DNA of 64,000 bases from Myxococcota bacterium (GCA_036012755.1 DASCPX010000137.1:130456-194455), one strand, 5' to 3'; positions 46,933 through 59,192 are shown, counted from the first letter of the stretch. Program-made: numbers and translations. The notes: a model not told the origin generated them from the sequence alone.

Positions 46933-49020
46933 ATGGTGATTTCCGACCTGTCCTGCATCCGCAACATCGGCATCAGCGCCCACATCGACTCGGGCAAGAC
47001 CACGCTGACGGAGCGGATCCTCTTCTATACGGACCGCATCCACGCCATCCACGACGTCCGAGGAAAGGACGGCGTCGGCGCCAAGATGGACTCGATGGAG
47101 CTCGAGCGCGAGCGGGGCATCACCATCGCGTCCGCGGCGACCCACGCCGAGTGGGACGGTCACCACATCAACATCATCGACACGCCGGGACACGTCGACT
47201 TCACCATCGAGGTCGAGCGGGCCCTGCGCGTGCTCGACGGCGCGGTCCTCGTGCTCTGCTCGGTCGCAGGCGTGCAGAGCCAGTCACTCACCGTCGACCG
47301 CCAGATGAAGCGCTACAACGTCCCGCGTGTCGCCTTCGTCAACAAGTGCGACCGCCAAGGCGCCAACCCGGTGCGCGTGCGCGACCAGCTCATCGAGAAG
47401 CTCGGTCACAACGCGGTGCTCCTGCAGCTGCCGCTGGGGCTGGAGGAGGCGCACGCCGGCGTCATCGACCTCGTCGAGCAGACCGCCTACGAGTGGCACG
47501 GCGACAACGGTGAGGAGATCCGAGAGGTCCCGATCCCCGACGGCATGGTCGGCGAGGTGGCGGACTTCCGCGAGCAGATGCTCGACGCGGTCAGCATGTT
47601 CAGCGACGAGCTCATGGAGGTCCTGCTCGAAGAGGAGGAGCCCGAGCCGGAGCTGATCCATGCCGCGGTGCGCAAGGCGACGCTGTCACGGCAGATGACC
47701 CCGGTCCTGCTCGGCAGCGCCTACAAGAACAAGGGCGTGCAGAAGCTCCTCGACGCGGTGGTTCGCTACCTCCCGGCGCCGACGGACGTCGACAACACGG
47801 GCCTGGACCTCGACGACGACGAGGCGGAGGTCCTCGTGCCGAGCGATCCGGAGGGGCCGCTCATCAGCCTCGCCTTCAAGCTGGAGGACGGGCGCTATGG
47901 CCAGCTGACCTACCTGCGCGTCTACCAGGGCACGATGAGGAAGGGCGACGTCATCTACAACAGCCGCAGCGGCAAGAAGGTGAAGGTCGGCCGCCTCGTG
48001 CGCATGCACGCGGACGAGATGGAGGACATGGACGAGTGCTGCGCCGGCGACATCGTCGCGCTCTTCGGGGTGGACTGCTTCTCCGGCGACACCTTCACCG
48101 ACGGCAGCGTCGCGGTGGCGATGACGAGCATCCACGTGCCGAACCCGGTCATCAGCCTCACCGTGACGCCTAGGGACAGCAAGGCCCAGACCAACATGTC
48201 GAAGGCGCTCTCCCGCTTCACCAAAGAGGACCCGACCTTCCGGGTGAGCTACGACCTGGAGACCGGCGAGACGATCATCTCCGGCATGGGCGAGCTCCAC
48301 CTCGAGGTCTACGTCGAGCGCATGAAGCGCGAGTACAACGCCCCGGTCGAGGTCAGCCCGCCGCGGGTCAGCTACCGCGAGACGATCAGCAAGCGGGCCG
48401 ACTTCGTCTACGTGCACAAGAAGCAGACAGGCGGATCCGGCCAGTTCGGCAAGGTCTGCGGCTTCGTCGAGCCCACCGAGAGCGGCGACTACGAGTTCGT
48501 CGACAAGATCAAGGGTGGCGCGATCCCGCGCGAGTTCATCCCGAGCTGCGACAAGGGCTTCAAGAAGTGCCTGGCCAAGGGTCGGCTGATCGGAGCCCGG
48601 GTCGTCGGCATCAGGGTCACGATCAACGACGGCAATGCCCACTCGGTCGACTCGAGCGACATGGCCTTCCAGGCTGCCGCGGTCGGCGCCTTCCGCGACT
48701 TCTACGCGAGGGCCCAGCCCATCGTGCTCGAGCCGATCATGACGGTCGCTCTCGAGGGGCCGGCGGAGTTCCACGGCAACATGGTCGCCACGCTCATGCA
48801 GCGCCGCGGCATGATCCTCGGCTCCACAGAGGCCGAGGGCTTCTCGGAGGTCGAGGCCGAGGTCCCGCTCGCCGAGATGTTCGGCTACGCGACCGCGCTG
48901 CGGTCCTCGACCCAGGGCAAGGCGGAGTTCACGATGGAGTTCTCTCGCTATTCCCAGGCCCCGGTCGGCGTGACTGACGAGCTCATCAAGGAATTCCAGG
49001 ACCAGAAGAAGGCATCCTGA
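46933..49020 (+). CDS. fusA: Elongation factor G (spdEFG1/mtEFG1-like paralog, outside the str operon)
   Basis: '[15 protein letters not shown]', '[20 protein letters not shown]', 'DTPGHVDF', 'GMGELHL', 'KQTGGSGQF'. Confidence 0.97.
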   Translation: MVISDLSCIRNIGISAHIDSGKTTLTERILFYTDRIHAIHDVRGKDGVGAKMDSMELERERGITIASAATHAEWDGHHINIIDTPGHVDFTIEVERALRVLDGAVLVLCSVAGVQSQSLTVDRQMKRYNVPRVAFVNKCDRQGANPVRVRDQLIEKLGHNAVLLQLPLGLEEAHAGVIDLVEQTAYEWHGDNGEEIREVPIPDGMVGEVADFREQMLDAVSMFSDELMEVLLEEEEPEPELIHAAVRKATLSRQMTPVLLGSAYKNKGVQKLLDAVVRYLPAPTDVDNTGLDLDDDEAEVLVPSDPEGPLISLAFKLEDGRYGQLTYLRVYQGTMRKGDVIYNSRSGKKVKVGRLVRMHADEMEDMDECCAGDIVALFGVDCFSGDTFTDGSVAVAMTSIHVPNPVISLTVTPRDSKAQTNMSKALSRFTKEDPTFRVSYDLETGETIISGMGELHLEVYVERMKREYNAPVEVSPPRVSYRETISKRADFVYVHKKQTGGSGQFGKVCGFVEPTESGDYEFVDKIKGGAIPREFIPSCDKGFKKCLAKGRLIGARVVGIRVTINDGNAHSVDSSDMAFQAAAVGAFRDFYARAQPIVLEPIMTVALEGPAEFHGNMVATLMQRRGMILGSTEAEGFSEVEAEVPLAEMFGYATALRSSTQGKAEFTMEFSRYSQAPVGVTDELIKEFQDQKKAS

Positions 49021-49029
49021 GGAGGAACG

Positions 49030-50289
49030 ATGTACGCGCAGATCTACGAGCGCAGCCCGATGCGGGTTTTCGAGCAGTCCCTCCACGGTGGCCTGGCCGC
49101 TGGTGAGCTGGGAGCGGTCGTCGGACGAGCCGGGACCGGCAAGTCCGCGCTGTTGGTCCACCTGGCGCTGGACCGCCTGCTGAGGGACCAGAAGGTCCTG
49201 CACATCAGCCTCAGCGAGACCGCCGAGCACGTCCGCAGCTTCTACGACGCCATCTTCGGCGGGGTGGCGAAGGCGGCGCGGGTCAAGGGCAAGAACAGGG
49301 CCGAGGCCAGGCTCCGGGTCGAGCAGTCCAGGCAGATCCTCTGCTACCTCGACCGCGACTTCGGCTACGAGGACGTCGTGAAGGCCATGTCCTTCGCGGA
49401 GGAGATCCTCCACTTCGTGCCCGACGCCGTCATCCTCGACGGCTTCGATCCCAAGGAGGAGGGGGTCCTGGAGCAGCTCTCCAAGCTCGCGAGGGAGAAG
49501 CGCTTCGCGCTGTGGACGTCGCTGGTGAGCCATCGCCACCTGCCCGGTGTCATCCCCTTCGCGGAGTCCTGGAGCACCATGGTCAAGCTCGAGCCGGTCG
49601 ACACGGTCGTGGAGCTGACCGCCCAGCGGGTGCACGGTGAGACCCTGGAGGAGGGCATGGGTCTCCAGCTCGATCCCACCACCATGCTGGTGACCGGCGA
49701 GGACATCTGGGACCCGCTCAGCGCGCCTCCGAGCCCCCGCGCGATGGACTGCACGCTCTACAGCGGGGGGGCCCTGGGCGCCGAGACCGCCTTCGGTCGC
49801 ATGGCGGAGCAGTACGGGCTGTCCGAGCTGAACTTCACCTTCGAGGGCCACCACCAGGAGCGCACGGACAAGAGCAAGAAGCTCAGCGAGCGCGAGCTGG
49901 CGGCGGGCGACGTCTCCCTGGTCTACGTCAGCAAGCGCCTGCATAGGACCTACACGGAGGGCAGGCTCATCCGCCGTGTCCTGCAGTCCCTGTGGCACCA
50001 GGTCAGCCGCGCCCAGCAGGTCTTCGTGGTCGGGGCCATCAACGAAGACGGCACGGTGACCGGCGGCACGGGCTGGTCGGTCGAGCTGGCCCGCATGTGG
50101 CACAAGGACCTCTGGGTCTACGATCAGAAGCAGGCCGGGTGGTTCCACTGGCACAAGGACCGCTGGGTCTCGGGCATCCCGGTCATCGAGAGCCCCCACT
50201 TCTGCGGCACGGGCACCCGCCAGCTCAACGACGCGGGCGAAAAGGCCATCGCCGGACTCTTCGAGCGGAGCTTCGGCGTCCCGCGCTAG
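49030..50289 (+). CDS. RecA/KaiC-like P-loop domain fused to a SLOG-like C-terminal domain
   Basis: 'GGL..GEL..V.GRAGTGKS'; C-terminal 'LYSGGA.GAE..FG', 'V.GGTGWSVELA', 'GTGTR'. Confidence 0.65.
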   Translation: MYAQIYERSPMRVFEQSLHGGLAAGELGAVVGRAGTGKSALLVHLALDRLLRDQKVLHISLSETAEHVRSFYDAIFGGVAKAARVKGKNRAEARLRVEQSRQILCYLDRDFGYEDVVKAMSFAEEILHFVPDAVILDGFDPKEEGVLEQLSKLAREKRFALWTSLVSHRHLPGVIPFAESWSTMVKLEPVDTVVELTAQRVHGETLEEGMGLQLDPTTMLVTGEDIWDPLSAPPSPRAMDCTLYSGGALGAETAFGRMAEQYGLSELNFTFEGHHQERTDKSKKLSERELAAGDVSLVYVSKRLHRTYTEGRLIRRVLQSLWHQVSRAQQVFVVGAINEDGTVTGGTGWSVELARMWHKDLWVYDQKQAGWFHWHKDRWVSGIPVIESPHFCGTGTRQLNDAGEKAIAGLFERSFGVPR

Positions 50290-51182
50290 CGCAGCGCGGG
50301 GGTGCCCTCCTCCGGCTTGTAGGCTTCCGGGAGCATCTCCGCGATGCGGGCCCGGGCCTCTTCCAGCGCCGCGGTCTTGCCCCAGCCGGCCGGATCGAAT
50401 GGCGCGCCGAAGGTCAGGCTGACGTCTGCGGGGCGCATGCGCTCGTCGTAGGCGAACAGGTGCTCGCTGCCGGTGATGGCCACCGGCACGACGACCGCTG
50501 CCCCTCGGGCGTAGCGAGCCGCTGCCCGGAGGAAGGGGCCCATGCGGCCGCTGCGGCTTCGGCTGCCCTCCGGGTAGAGCAGCACGGGACCACGCTGGGT
50601 GCGCCAGGTGCGAGCCTGCTCCAGGCTCCTCAGGGCGATCGCGGCGATCTCGCGGGGGGACAGGCCCGAGGCGTTGTGCATGAGCTGTGATGACTGCGCG
50701 GTCATCAGGGTGTTCAGCGCCACGGCGGCCAGGCGCCTGAAGGGCTCGGTGTAGACCTTCGGGCCGGCGACGACGAGGACCTCGTCGGCGAGGTCGCTGT
50801 CCAGGGACACCAACGCATCGGTGACCTGGGTGTCGACATAGCTGAGGTGGTTGCAGATCCAGATCTGGTTCTGGCCGCGGACGGACTCGGGGTGCTCCAG
50901 CCCCCGCGCTCGCGCGACCCCGCAAGGCACGGGGATGAAGGCCCTGGAGATCCGCCGCAGCACCGTCGCCGCCGGGTGGGGCCGGTACTCCCGTCCAGCC
51001 TCGGCGTAGGTCTTCACGGTCTCGAGGATCTCCTCGTCCGTGGAGGCGGACAGGGCCTCGCGGACGCGGTCCTCGGCCCTGGTCGCGATCTCCGCGTCGT
51101 CGCGGAAGTAGGAGTTGATGAAGCCAGGGACGACAGCTCGCGCCTGGTCCGGGGTCAGGGCCGAGAGGGTGTCGAGGTCCAT
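50286..51182 (-). CDS. Lysophospholipid acyltransferase (PlsC family)
   Basis: 'NHLSYVD', 'YPEGSRSR', 'VPVAI.G'. Confidence 0.9.
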   Translation of the reverse strand: MDLDTLSALTPDQARAVVPGFINSYFRDDAEIATRAEDRVREALSASTDEEILETVKTYAEAGREYRPHPAATVLRRISRAFIPVPCGVARARGLEHPESVRGQNQIWICNHLSYVDTQVTDALVSLDSDLADEVLVVAGPKVYTEPFRRLAAVALNTLMTAQSSQLMHNASGLSPREIAAIALRSLEQARTWRTQRGPVLLYPEGSRSRSGRMGPFLRAAARYARGAAVVVPVAITGSEHLFAYDERMRPADVSLTFGAPFDPAGWGKTAALEEARARIAEMLPEAYKPEEGTPALR

Positions 51183-51220
51183 CGGTGGCCCGATTAACTC
51201 GCCGCGGCTACCCTCCCGCA

Positions 51221-52291
51221 ATGTCCGCGGCCATTCCGCCCGGCGTGCTCCACGTCGACCGAGAGCTCCACGCGCTGTACGAGCGGGTGCCGTTTTCGCG
51301 CTACCTCAACCCGCTGAATGCGCGAGAGGCCCGTCGCGCCTTCCGCGCCGGCGCAGAGGTGCCCCCGCTGCGCTACCACGAGGCGACCTGGGCGGACCGC
51401 GAGCTGTCAGCGCTCGAGGCTCTCCATCCCCCAGAGGATCACCCCATGGGCATGATCCTGGCCCAGGCCATCCACGGGACGACGCTCTTCATCCGCGCCC
51501 TGCGCGATCGCACCATCGACGCCTTCGACGAGCTGGCCACGCACTCCGGCTGGTACCCCGACGCCGAGACCCTCGTCGCGGCCCGGGGAGAGGCGCCGGC
51601 TCGTGACACGACCCCCTTCGCGCTCTCCGCCAGGGACATGACGGCCGCCCTGCAGGACGCTCTCCGAGAGCGAGGCCTCGCCGACTGGCGGATCGAGGCC
51701 GATCCCGTGATGTCCGCCCGCGTGCTCGTCGATGGCGCCAAGCGCCTGTTGCGCGTGAGCCCGGCTGCCACCTTCCGCGAGCGCGACATCAACCGCCTCA
51801 TCGTGCACGAGGTCGAGGTCCACGCGATCCGCAGCGCCAACGGTCGCAACCAGCCGCTGCTCATCTTCTCCACCGGGCTGCCCGGATCCCTGGAGACCGA
51901 GGAGGGCCTGGCGCTCTACGCGGAGGAGCTGTCGGGCTCGTCTTCGCCAGGTACGGCCTGGCGCCAGGGGGTCGTGGTCCAGGCGGTGGACTGGGCCCGG
52001 CGCATGGGCTTCCGAGAACTCTACGACGCCATCGCCGAGGCAGCGGGGCCGGGGCTGGCCTGGGGCGTCGCCGAGCGCCTGAAGCGCGGGCTGGCGGATC
52101 CTGGCTCGCCGGGGGTGTATGCCAAGGACATCGTGTACTACCGGGGCCATCGGAAGGTGAAGACCTGGGTCGAGGCGGGCAACCCGGTGGCGCACCTCTA
52201 CGTGGGCAAGGTGGGCATCGACGATCCCGTCCAGGACTGGCTCGACGCGGGCCTGGTGACGCCCCAGGCCGTGCCCAGGACATTCCGATAG
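51221..52291 (+). CDS. DUF1704 family metallopeptidase (QEGLA-motif/MATCAP-like)
   Basis: 'LIVHEVEVH..R..NG..Q', 'TEEGLA', 'R.KRG...KD.VY..G', 'L..GK'. Confidence 0.85.
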   Translation: MSAAIPPGVLHVDRELHALYERVPFSRYLNPLNAREARRAFRAGAEVPPLRYHEATWADRELSALEALHPPEDHPMGMILAQAIHGTTLFIRALRDRTIDAFDELATHSGWYPDAETLVAARGEAPARDTTPFALSARDMTAALQDALRERGLADWRIEADPVMSARVLVDGAKRLLRVSPAATFRERDINRLIVHEVEVHAIRSANGRNQPLLIFSTGLPGSLETEEGLALYAEELSGSSSPGTAWRQGVVVQAVDWARRMGFRELYDAIAEAAGPGLAWGVAERLKRGLADPGSPGVYAKDIVYYRGHRKVKTWVEAGNPVAHLYVGKVGIDDPVQDWLDAGLVTPQAVPRTFR

Positions 52292-52297
52292 GCCCTG

Positions 52298-53527
52298 GTG
52301 GAAGACGCCAAGGCCGAGGTCTGCATCGTGGGAGCCGGCGCCGCCGGGCTCTGGGCGGCTGCAGCCTGCGGGCGCCAGGGGCTCGACACGCTGGTCCTGG
52401 AGAAGACCCCCCGATGTGGCTCGAAGGTGCTCGCCAGTGGTGGCGGGCGCTGCAACCTGACCACCACCCTCGACGCCGCCGAGACCGCGCGCCACTTCGG
52501 ACGAGCGCACAACTTCATCGCTCCCGCGCTGCGTTGCCTCTCGCCCCAGGCCGTGCGTGCCCACTTCGAGTCGATCGGCGTCGCCACGAAGGTCGAGCCA
52601 GAGCTCCAGAAGGTGTTCCCCGTCTCCGACTCCGCCCTGGAGGTCCGGGACGCCCTGGAGCGGGACGCCAGGGCCGCGGGGGCTCGCTTCCGGCTGGAGT
52701 CCGCCGTGTCCGCCGTCGAGCCCTTCGAGGGGGGGTGGGTCGCGCGCACGGCCCAGGGCCCGGTCTCCTGTCGCAGGCTGCTTCTCTGTGTCGGCGGCAA
52801 GAGCTTCCCGAAGACCGGCACCACCGGAGACGGCTACCGCTGGCTGAGGGCGCTCGGTCTCCGGGTCGTCGACCCGGTCCCGGCCCTGGTCCCCCTGGCC
52901 AGCCCGGCCCCCTGGATCCACGAGCTGAGCGGGACCTCGGTGGACGGGGAGCTCCGCATCGGCAAGCTGCGGCGCCGCCGTCCGGTGCTCTTCACGCACC
53001 AGGGCATCTCGGGCCCCGGCGCGATGGACGTCTCAGAGGCGGTCTCGCGCGGGGGGCAGCGAGAGGCGCGCCTGGACCTGTTGCCAGATCTGAGCTGGCT
53101 GGAGTTGAGGAGCCTGCTCATCGCCGCGGCGGGTCGCGCCGGCTCTCCGCGGCTCGCCTCTGTCCTGCCGCTGCCCCGCCGGGTCGTCGCCATGGTCGCC
53201 CTGCGCGCGGAGCTGGCCGAGGCCAATCCCAGGGCGAACCAGCTGGACAAGAGCTCCCGTCACAAGCTGATCGACGAGCTCAAGGGGCTCCGGATCCCCA
53301 TCTCCGGGACCCTGGGCTTCGCCAAGGCAGAGGTCACCGCCGGGGGCCTGGCGCTGAAGGAGGTCAACCCCGGGACCATGGAGGTCCGCAGGGCCCCCGG
53401 GCTCTACGTCTTCGGCGAGCTGCTGGACCTGGCGGGGCCGATCGGCGGCTTCAACTTCCAGGCGGCTTTCTCCACCGCCGAGCTCGCGGCGCGGGCCGTC
53501 GGGTTGGCGGCTCAGCGAGCGCGTTAG
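52298..53527 (+). CDS. HI0933/BaiN/YhiN family flavoprotein
   Basis: 'GAGAAG', 'KVLASGGGRCNLT', 'GG.S.P.TG.TGDGY', 'FTH.G.SGP', 'VTAGG', 'GGFNFQ.A'. Confidence 0.9.
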   Translation: MEDAKAEVCIVGAGAAGLWAAAACGRQGLDTLVLEKTPRCGSKVLASGGGRCNLTTTLDAAETARHFGRAHNFIAPALRCLSPQAVRAHFESIGVATKVEPELQKVFPVSDSALEVRDALERDARAAGARFRLESAVSAVEPFEGGWVARTAQGPVSCRRLLLCVGGKSFPKTGTTGDGYRWLRALGLRVVDPVPALVPLASPAPWIHELSGTSVDGELRIGKLRRRRPVLFTHQGISGPGAMDVSEAVSRGGQREARLDLLPDLSWLELRSLLIAAAGRAGSPRLASVLPLPRRVVAMVALRAELAEANPRANQLDKSSRHKLIDELKGLRIPISGTLGFAKAEVTAGGLALKEVNPGTMEVRRAPGLYVFGELLDLAGPIGGFNFQAAFSTAELAARAVGLAAQRAR

Positions 53528-53536
53528 CCAGTCGAC

Positions 53537-53860
53537 ATGCGACTGCTCGGATCCATCGTCGTTCTGTCTGCTCTCGTCGGCTGCCGCATCTCCAAGGAGG
53601 ACTTCCCGGACCGGTACGCCCGGGCCGCCTGCAGGAGCCTCGAAGAGTGCGATCCGGACTACTACGAGGACATCTTCGACGGCGACTTCGAGGAGTGCAC
53701 GGACGTCTACACCGATGTGATCGAGCTCTTCATGGAGTTCAGCGAACAAGCCGGCGAGGACTACGACCCCCAAGAGGGTCGCAGGTGCGTCAACGACGTC
53801 CGGCTGGCCTCCTGCGACGATCTCCGTGACGTCGAGGTGAGCTGCGAGGTCTTCGAGTAG
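53537..53860 (+). CDS. Small Cys-rich lipoprotein
   Basis: 'ALVGC' lipobox; Cys pattern shared with 29843..30163. Confidence 0.75.
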   Translation: MRLLGSIVVLSALVGCRISKEDFPDRYARAACRSLEECDPDYYEDIFDGDFEECTDVYTDVIELFMEFSEQAGEDYDPQEGRRCVNDVRLASCDDLRDVEVSCEVFE

Positions 53861-53878
53861 CCGCTAGATGAAGTGAGG

Positions 53879-54568
53879 CTAGCGCGGCACGCCGATCTCC
53901 ACGACGGTGGAGACCTGCTCGAAGCCCAGCCGGCGGTAGATGCGGTCCGGGGTCGTGTCCCGCGCGGCGACGATGACCTGGCGGCCCTCGAGCATCGCAG
54001 CCACCGTGCCCACCAGGGCCGTGCAGACCCCCTCACTGCGCTGATCCGGCAGGGTGCAGACGTCCCGGTAGCGAACCACGCCGTCGCGAGCGAGGACGAC
54101 GAGGGCCCCCGCGTCCACGCCGTCCTTCACCGCCACGAAGGCGCGGCCGTGCTCTGAGTAGTGCCTCCACAGCCAGTCGTGGAAGCGCTGGTGCCAGGGG
54201 TCGGTGACACCGTTGGCGACGCGGGAGATCGCTTCTGCGCGGGCGCTGTCCTCTGCGATCTCGATGACCGAGGGCGCCTCGAGCCTGCCGAGCTCCAGGA
54301 CGCTCAACAGCGTGCAGACGGCCCCGGGCGGAAGGGGTGGTACTCGGGGCTCGCTCTCGGTCTCCCACAGGACGTAGGCCTTCTCTACTCCCGGGTGGTG
54401 CTCGCCTCAGATCTGCAAGGCGTCGTCGAGGTCCGCGGGCTCCTCGTCGAGCTCGATGCGCTTGCCGAACCAGGTGTCCTGGCAGTCGGGAGCGTCGAAG
54501 ATCCGCGCTCCGTCCGTCTCGGTGTAGACGGAGGGCCACGCCCAGACCCAGGTCTCGCGCGCGATCAA
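53879..54568 (-). pseudogene. GNAT acetyltransferase interrupted by an in-frame TGA (54409-54407)
   Basis: Continuous frame '..DTWFGKRIELD..DALQI*GEHHPGVEKAYVLWE..RYRDVCTLPDQRSEGV..IYRRLGFE'. Confidence 0.7.
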
Positions 54569-54572
54569 GGTC

Positions 54573-55760
54573 TCAGCGCAGCTCGAGGGTGACGGTCCCC
54601 CCCGAGACAGGCCCGATGACCCCTGAGACGAGATCCCCCTCGGAGGGCTGGAGCGGATCTCCCGAGCGCACCAGCTTGGCCTGTACGTAGGCCGGGTCCG
54701 GGAAGGGGCCGCCCGCGGTGAGGTCGTCGAGGCCCAGGGTCGTCTCCAGGGGGAGCTCCCAGTCCGGGATGCGCCTGGCCGCTGCTGGCTGTCCGGCGGG
54801 GACCGGCGAGGAGCGCACGTAGACATAGAGCACGCCGCCAGGCTCCACCTCGCCCGTCGCGGTGACCGTCGCGGTGAAGATGGCGGGCGACTGCTCGCTC
54901 GTCCCGGTGTCCGGGGTCGGTCCTGGCGCCGGCGCCACGGCGTCGCCGAGGAGGAAGGCGGCGAACTCCCGATCCAGGGGGTCATCGGCGACCTTCACCG
55001 CGGTGCTCAGCTGGGCCCTGGCTTCGACGGCGTCCCCCAGCTGCATCGCGATGATGCCCCGCCACAGCGCCACCTCAGCAGGCAGGGCCTCCTCCTGGGA
55101 CTCGAGGTCGGCCAGCGCCTCGTCGTGGCGGCCGATGAGGGCCCGCAAGGCTCCGAGGTGGACCACCACCCCCGGGTCCTGCGGATCGAGGGCCTTGCCC
55201 TTGTCGATGAGCGCCATCGCCGTGTCGAGGTCTTGGGTGTAGAGCGCCCACTTCGTCAGCTGGTTCAGGGCGTCGATGTCGGTGGGATCGGCCTCGAAGG
55301 CCGCGCGGGCCTCTGCCACCGGGTCGTCGACCAGACTCTGGGCGTTCCCAGTCACGGAGCTCTGGTCCACCCGGGGCGCCAGCGCCGCCTGGAGCACCAG
55401 GCCAGCGACGGCGAAGAAGATGGCCAGCCCGGCCAGGTACCAGCCCAGGTGACGGGAGCCGCCGTTGTCCGGCGCCATGGAGACGGTGGACTCCGAAGGG
55501 CCCTCCTCCATCCGGCGGAGGACCGCGGCGGCCTGCTCGACCAGCCGCTGCCTGGTCGCGTAGTAGTCGTGGTCGTCGAGCTTGTGCTTGTCCGCCTCCA
55601 GGTCGCGGAGGCGATTCATGAGGACCTCGCGCCGGACCTCGAGGTCGGCGAGACCCTGGTCATGCGACCAGCTCCGGCCCCCGATCAGCGCGAAGACCAC
55701 GCCGCCCGCGGCCCCCAGGCCGAGCACGACGATCGGTGGTCCCCAGACAGCCCAGTCCAT
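54573..55760 (-). CDS. ccmI: CcmI/CycH-like TPR cytochrome c maturation protein
   Basis: TM, 'LRDLE.D..KL...DY', second TM, TPRs, C-terminal 'P.AARR....LP....L..DD' domain. Confidence 0.8.
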   Translation of the reverse strand: MDWAVWGPPIVVLGLGAAGGVVFALIGGRSWSHDQGLADLEVRREVLMNRLRDLEADKHKLDDHDYYATRQRLVEQAAAVLRRMEEGPSESTVSMAPDNGGSRHLGWYLAGLAIFFAVAGLVLQAALAPRVDQSSVTGNAQSLVDDPVAEARAAFEADPTDIDALNQLTKWALYTQDLDTAMALIDKGKALDPQDPGVVVHLGALRALIGRHDEALADLESQEEALPAEVALWRGIIAMQLGDAVEARAQLSTAVKVADDPLDREFAAFLLGDAVAPAPGPTPDTGTSEQSPAIFTATVTATGEVEPGGVLYVYVRSSPVPAGQPAAARRIPDWELPLETTLGLDDLTAGGPFPDPAYVQAKLVRSGDPLQPSEGDLVSGVIGPVSGGTVTLELR

Positions 55761-56246
55761 CTACTCGTCCAGCTCCTTCAAGACCCGCTCGGTGTAGGGG
55801 TCGGTGCTCGCAGGCGGCGGAGTGGCCTTGGCGCTTCGTCTGCGAAGAGCGACGAGGATGAACACCAGGCCGAGGGCCCCGACCACCGCGGGGCCGACAT
55901 AGACCAGCGGGTTGTCGTCCTTGGGCGGCGCCAGCAGGATCCAGGTGTCGTAGCGGGCCACGAAGTAGTCGACGATCTGCTCGTCGGTGTAGCCCTCGCG
56001 GACCAGATCGGCGATGCGCGCCTTCATCGACATCGCGGCCTCTGTGGTCGAGTCGGCGACGCTCATGCCCTGGCAGACCGGGCAGCGCAGGCCAGCGGCG
56101 ATGGCCATGGTGCGCTCCTCGACGATGGACTCGTCCATGACCGACTCGCCGAAGGGCTCGACGCCGACAGCCTCGCGGATCGGGACCAGCGCGTTGGGCA
56201 CGTCCTCTGCGGAGGCGAGCGCGAGGCAAAGCCACAGGCCGGTCAC
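55761..56246 (-). CDS. ccmH: Cytochrome c maturation protein CcmH
   Basis: 'LRCPVCQG.SVADS...A..M...I...G..D..I..YFVARY'. Confidence 0.9.
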   Translation of the reverse strand: MTGLWLCLALASAEDVPNALVPIREAVGVEPFGESVMDESIVEERTMAIAAGLRCPVCQGMSVADSTTEAAMSMKARIADLVREGYTDEQIVDYFVARYDTWILLAPPKDDNPLVYVGPAVVGALGLVFILVALRRRSAKATPPPASTDPYTERVLKELDE

Positions 56247-56760
56247 AGCATGCCCTCCAAGGTCTCTGCCAGCGCGACTGCGCTCACCGGGCCGCTGATC
56301 TTGCGCACGATCTGGCCGTCTCGGTCGATGAAGAAGGTCTCGGGCACGCCGGCCACACCGTAGTCGACGGCCATCGCGCCCTCCGGGTCGTCGAGGGTCG
56401 GGTAGGCAGAGCCGGAGGCGCTCAGGAAGGCCCGCGCCTTGGCCGGCTCGTCGCCGTAGAGGACGCCGAGGAAGACCACCCCGCGTGGGCCGTAGGTGGT
56501 CGCGCCGGCCTGCAGGACCGGGTGCTCGATCTTGCAGGGGACGCACCACGTCGACCAGAAGTTGAGCACCACTGGCCGACCCGCGAGGTCCTCCAGCGCG
56601 ACCGGCTCTCCCTCCAGGGTGAAGGCCCCGAAGGCAGGCGCCGCCTGGCCCGTCATCGCATCCGGGACCGCGTGTGGGTCCTTGCCGAAGCCGCTCCAGA
56701 GCACCCACAGGAAGGGCACCAGCAGCAGGAGCCCCAGAGGCAGGATCAGCCAGGACTTCT

Positions 56761-56764
<4 letters not shown>
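56243..56764 (-). CDS. ccmG: CcmG/DsbE thiol:disulfide oxidoreductase
   Basis: 'LNFWSTWCVPCKIEHP', 'YGVAGVPETFFID'. Confidence 0.9.
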
Positions 56765-58727
<1,963 letters not shown>

Positions 58728-58731
<4 letters not shown>

Positions 58732-59192
58732 ATGTCCTCCTCGATGGTCTCGTAGAGCGCCTGTCGCTCCTCCTCGCTCATGCCCTCGAAGGGCGCCTTG
58801 TACTCGTTGCTGTGCTTCACCAGGAGGCGGTCGGCCTCGAAGACGCCGACCGGGGTCATGGTGCCCTCGACGACGACGCCGATTCCCTCGCGCAGCATCT
58901 GGGGGGGCGCGCCCTTGGCGTGGACCTTGACCTCGGCCGTGTCGTCGCCGACGACCAGCCAGAGCTCCTGCTCCTCGACCCGCCAGTCCAGCGAGCCCTC
59001 CTTCACGATGCCGCCCAGGCGGATGGTGGGCCCGATGGCCTCGTCCCCGGCAGCGGCCACCTGCGCGGGCTCCCAGTAGTAGGTGAGGTTCTCCCCCATC
59101 TGGTCCGCCGCGAACCAGACGAGGCTGAGGGCGGAGGCGGCCACGAAGAGGGCCCCGACGAGGAAGAGCGGGCCTTGCTTGTTGGCGCTCAT
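58728..59192 (-). CDS. ccmE: Heme chaperone CcmE
   Basis: 'YY..P', 'IRLGG.V..GS', 'VVVEG', 'LVKHSNEY'. Confidence 0.95.

Noticed and set aside
47686..50925. 1079-aa minus-strand ORF and similar long ORFs (38144..41077 +, 23097..25349 +, 56674..58755 +, 29852..31690 -, 61159..63123 -)
   Set aside because: Antisense or off-frame shadows of well-supported genes; stop-poor frames are expected at this GC content and they carry no motifs.
39965..54409. Two in-frame TGAs as selenocysteine or a reassigned genetic code
   Set aside because: Neither sits in a redox motif, I see no convincing SECIS, and TGA terminates many conserved genes here, often in ATGA/GTGA overlaps.
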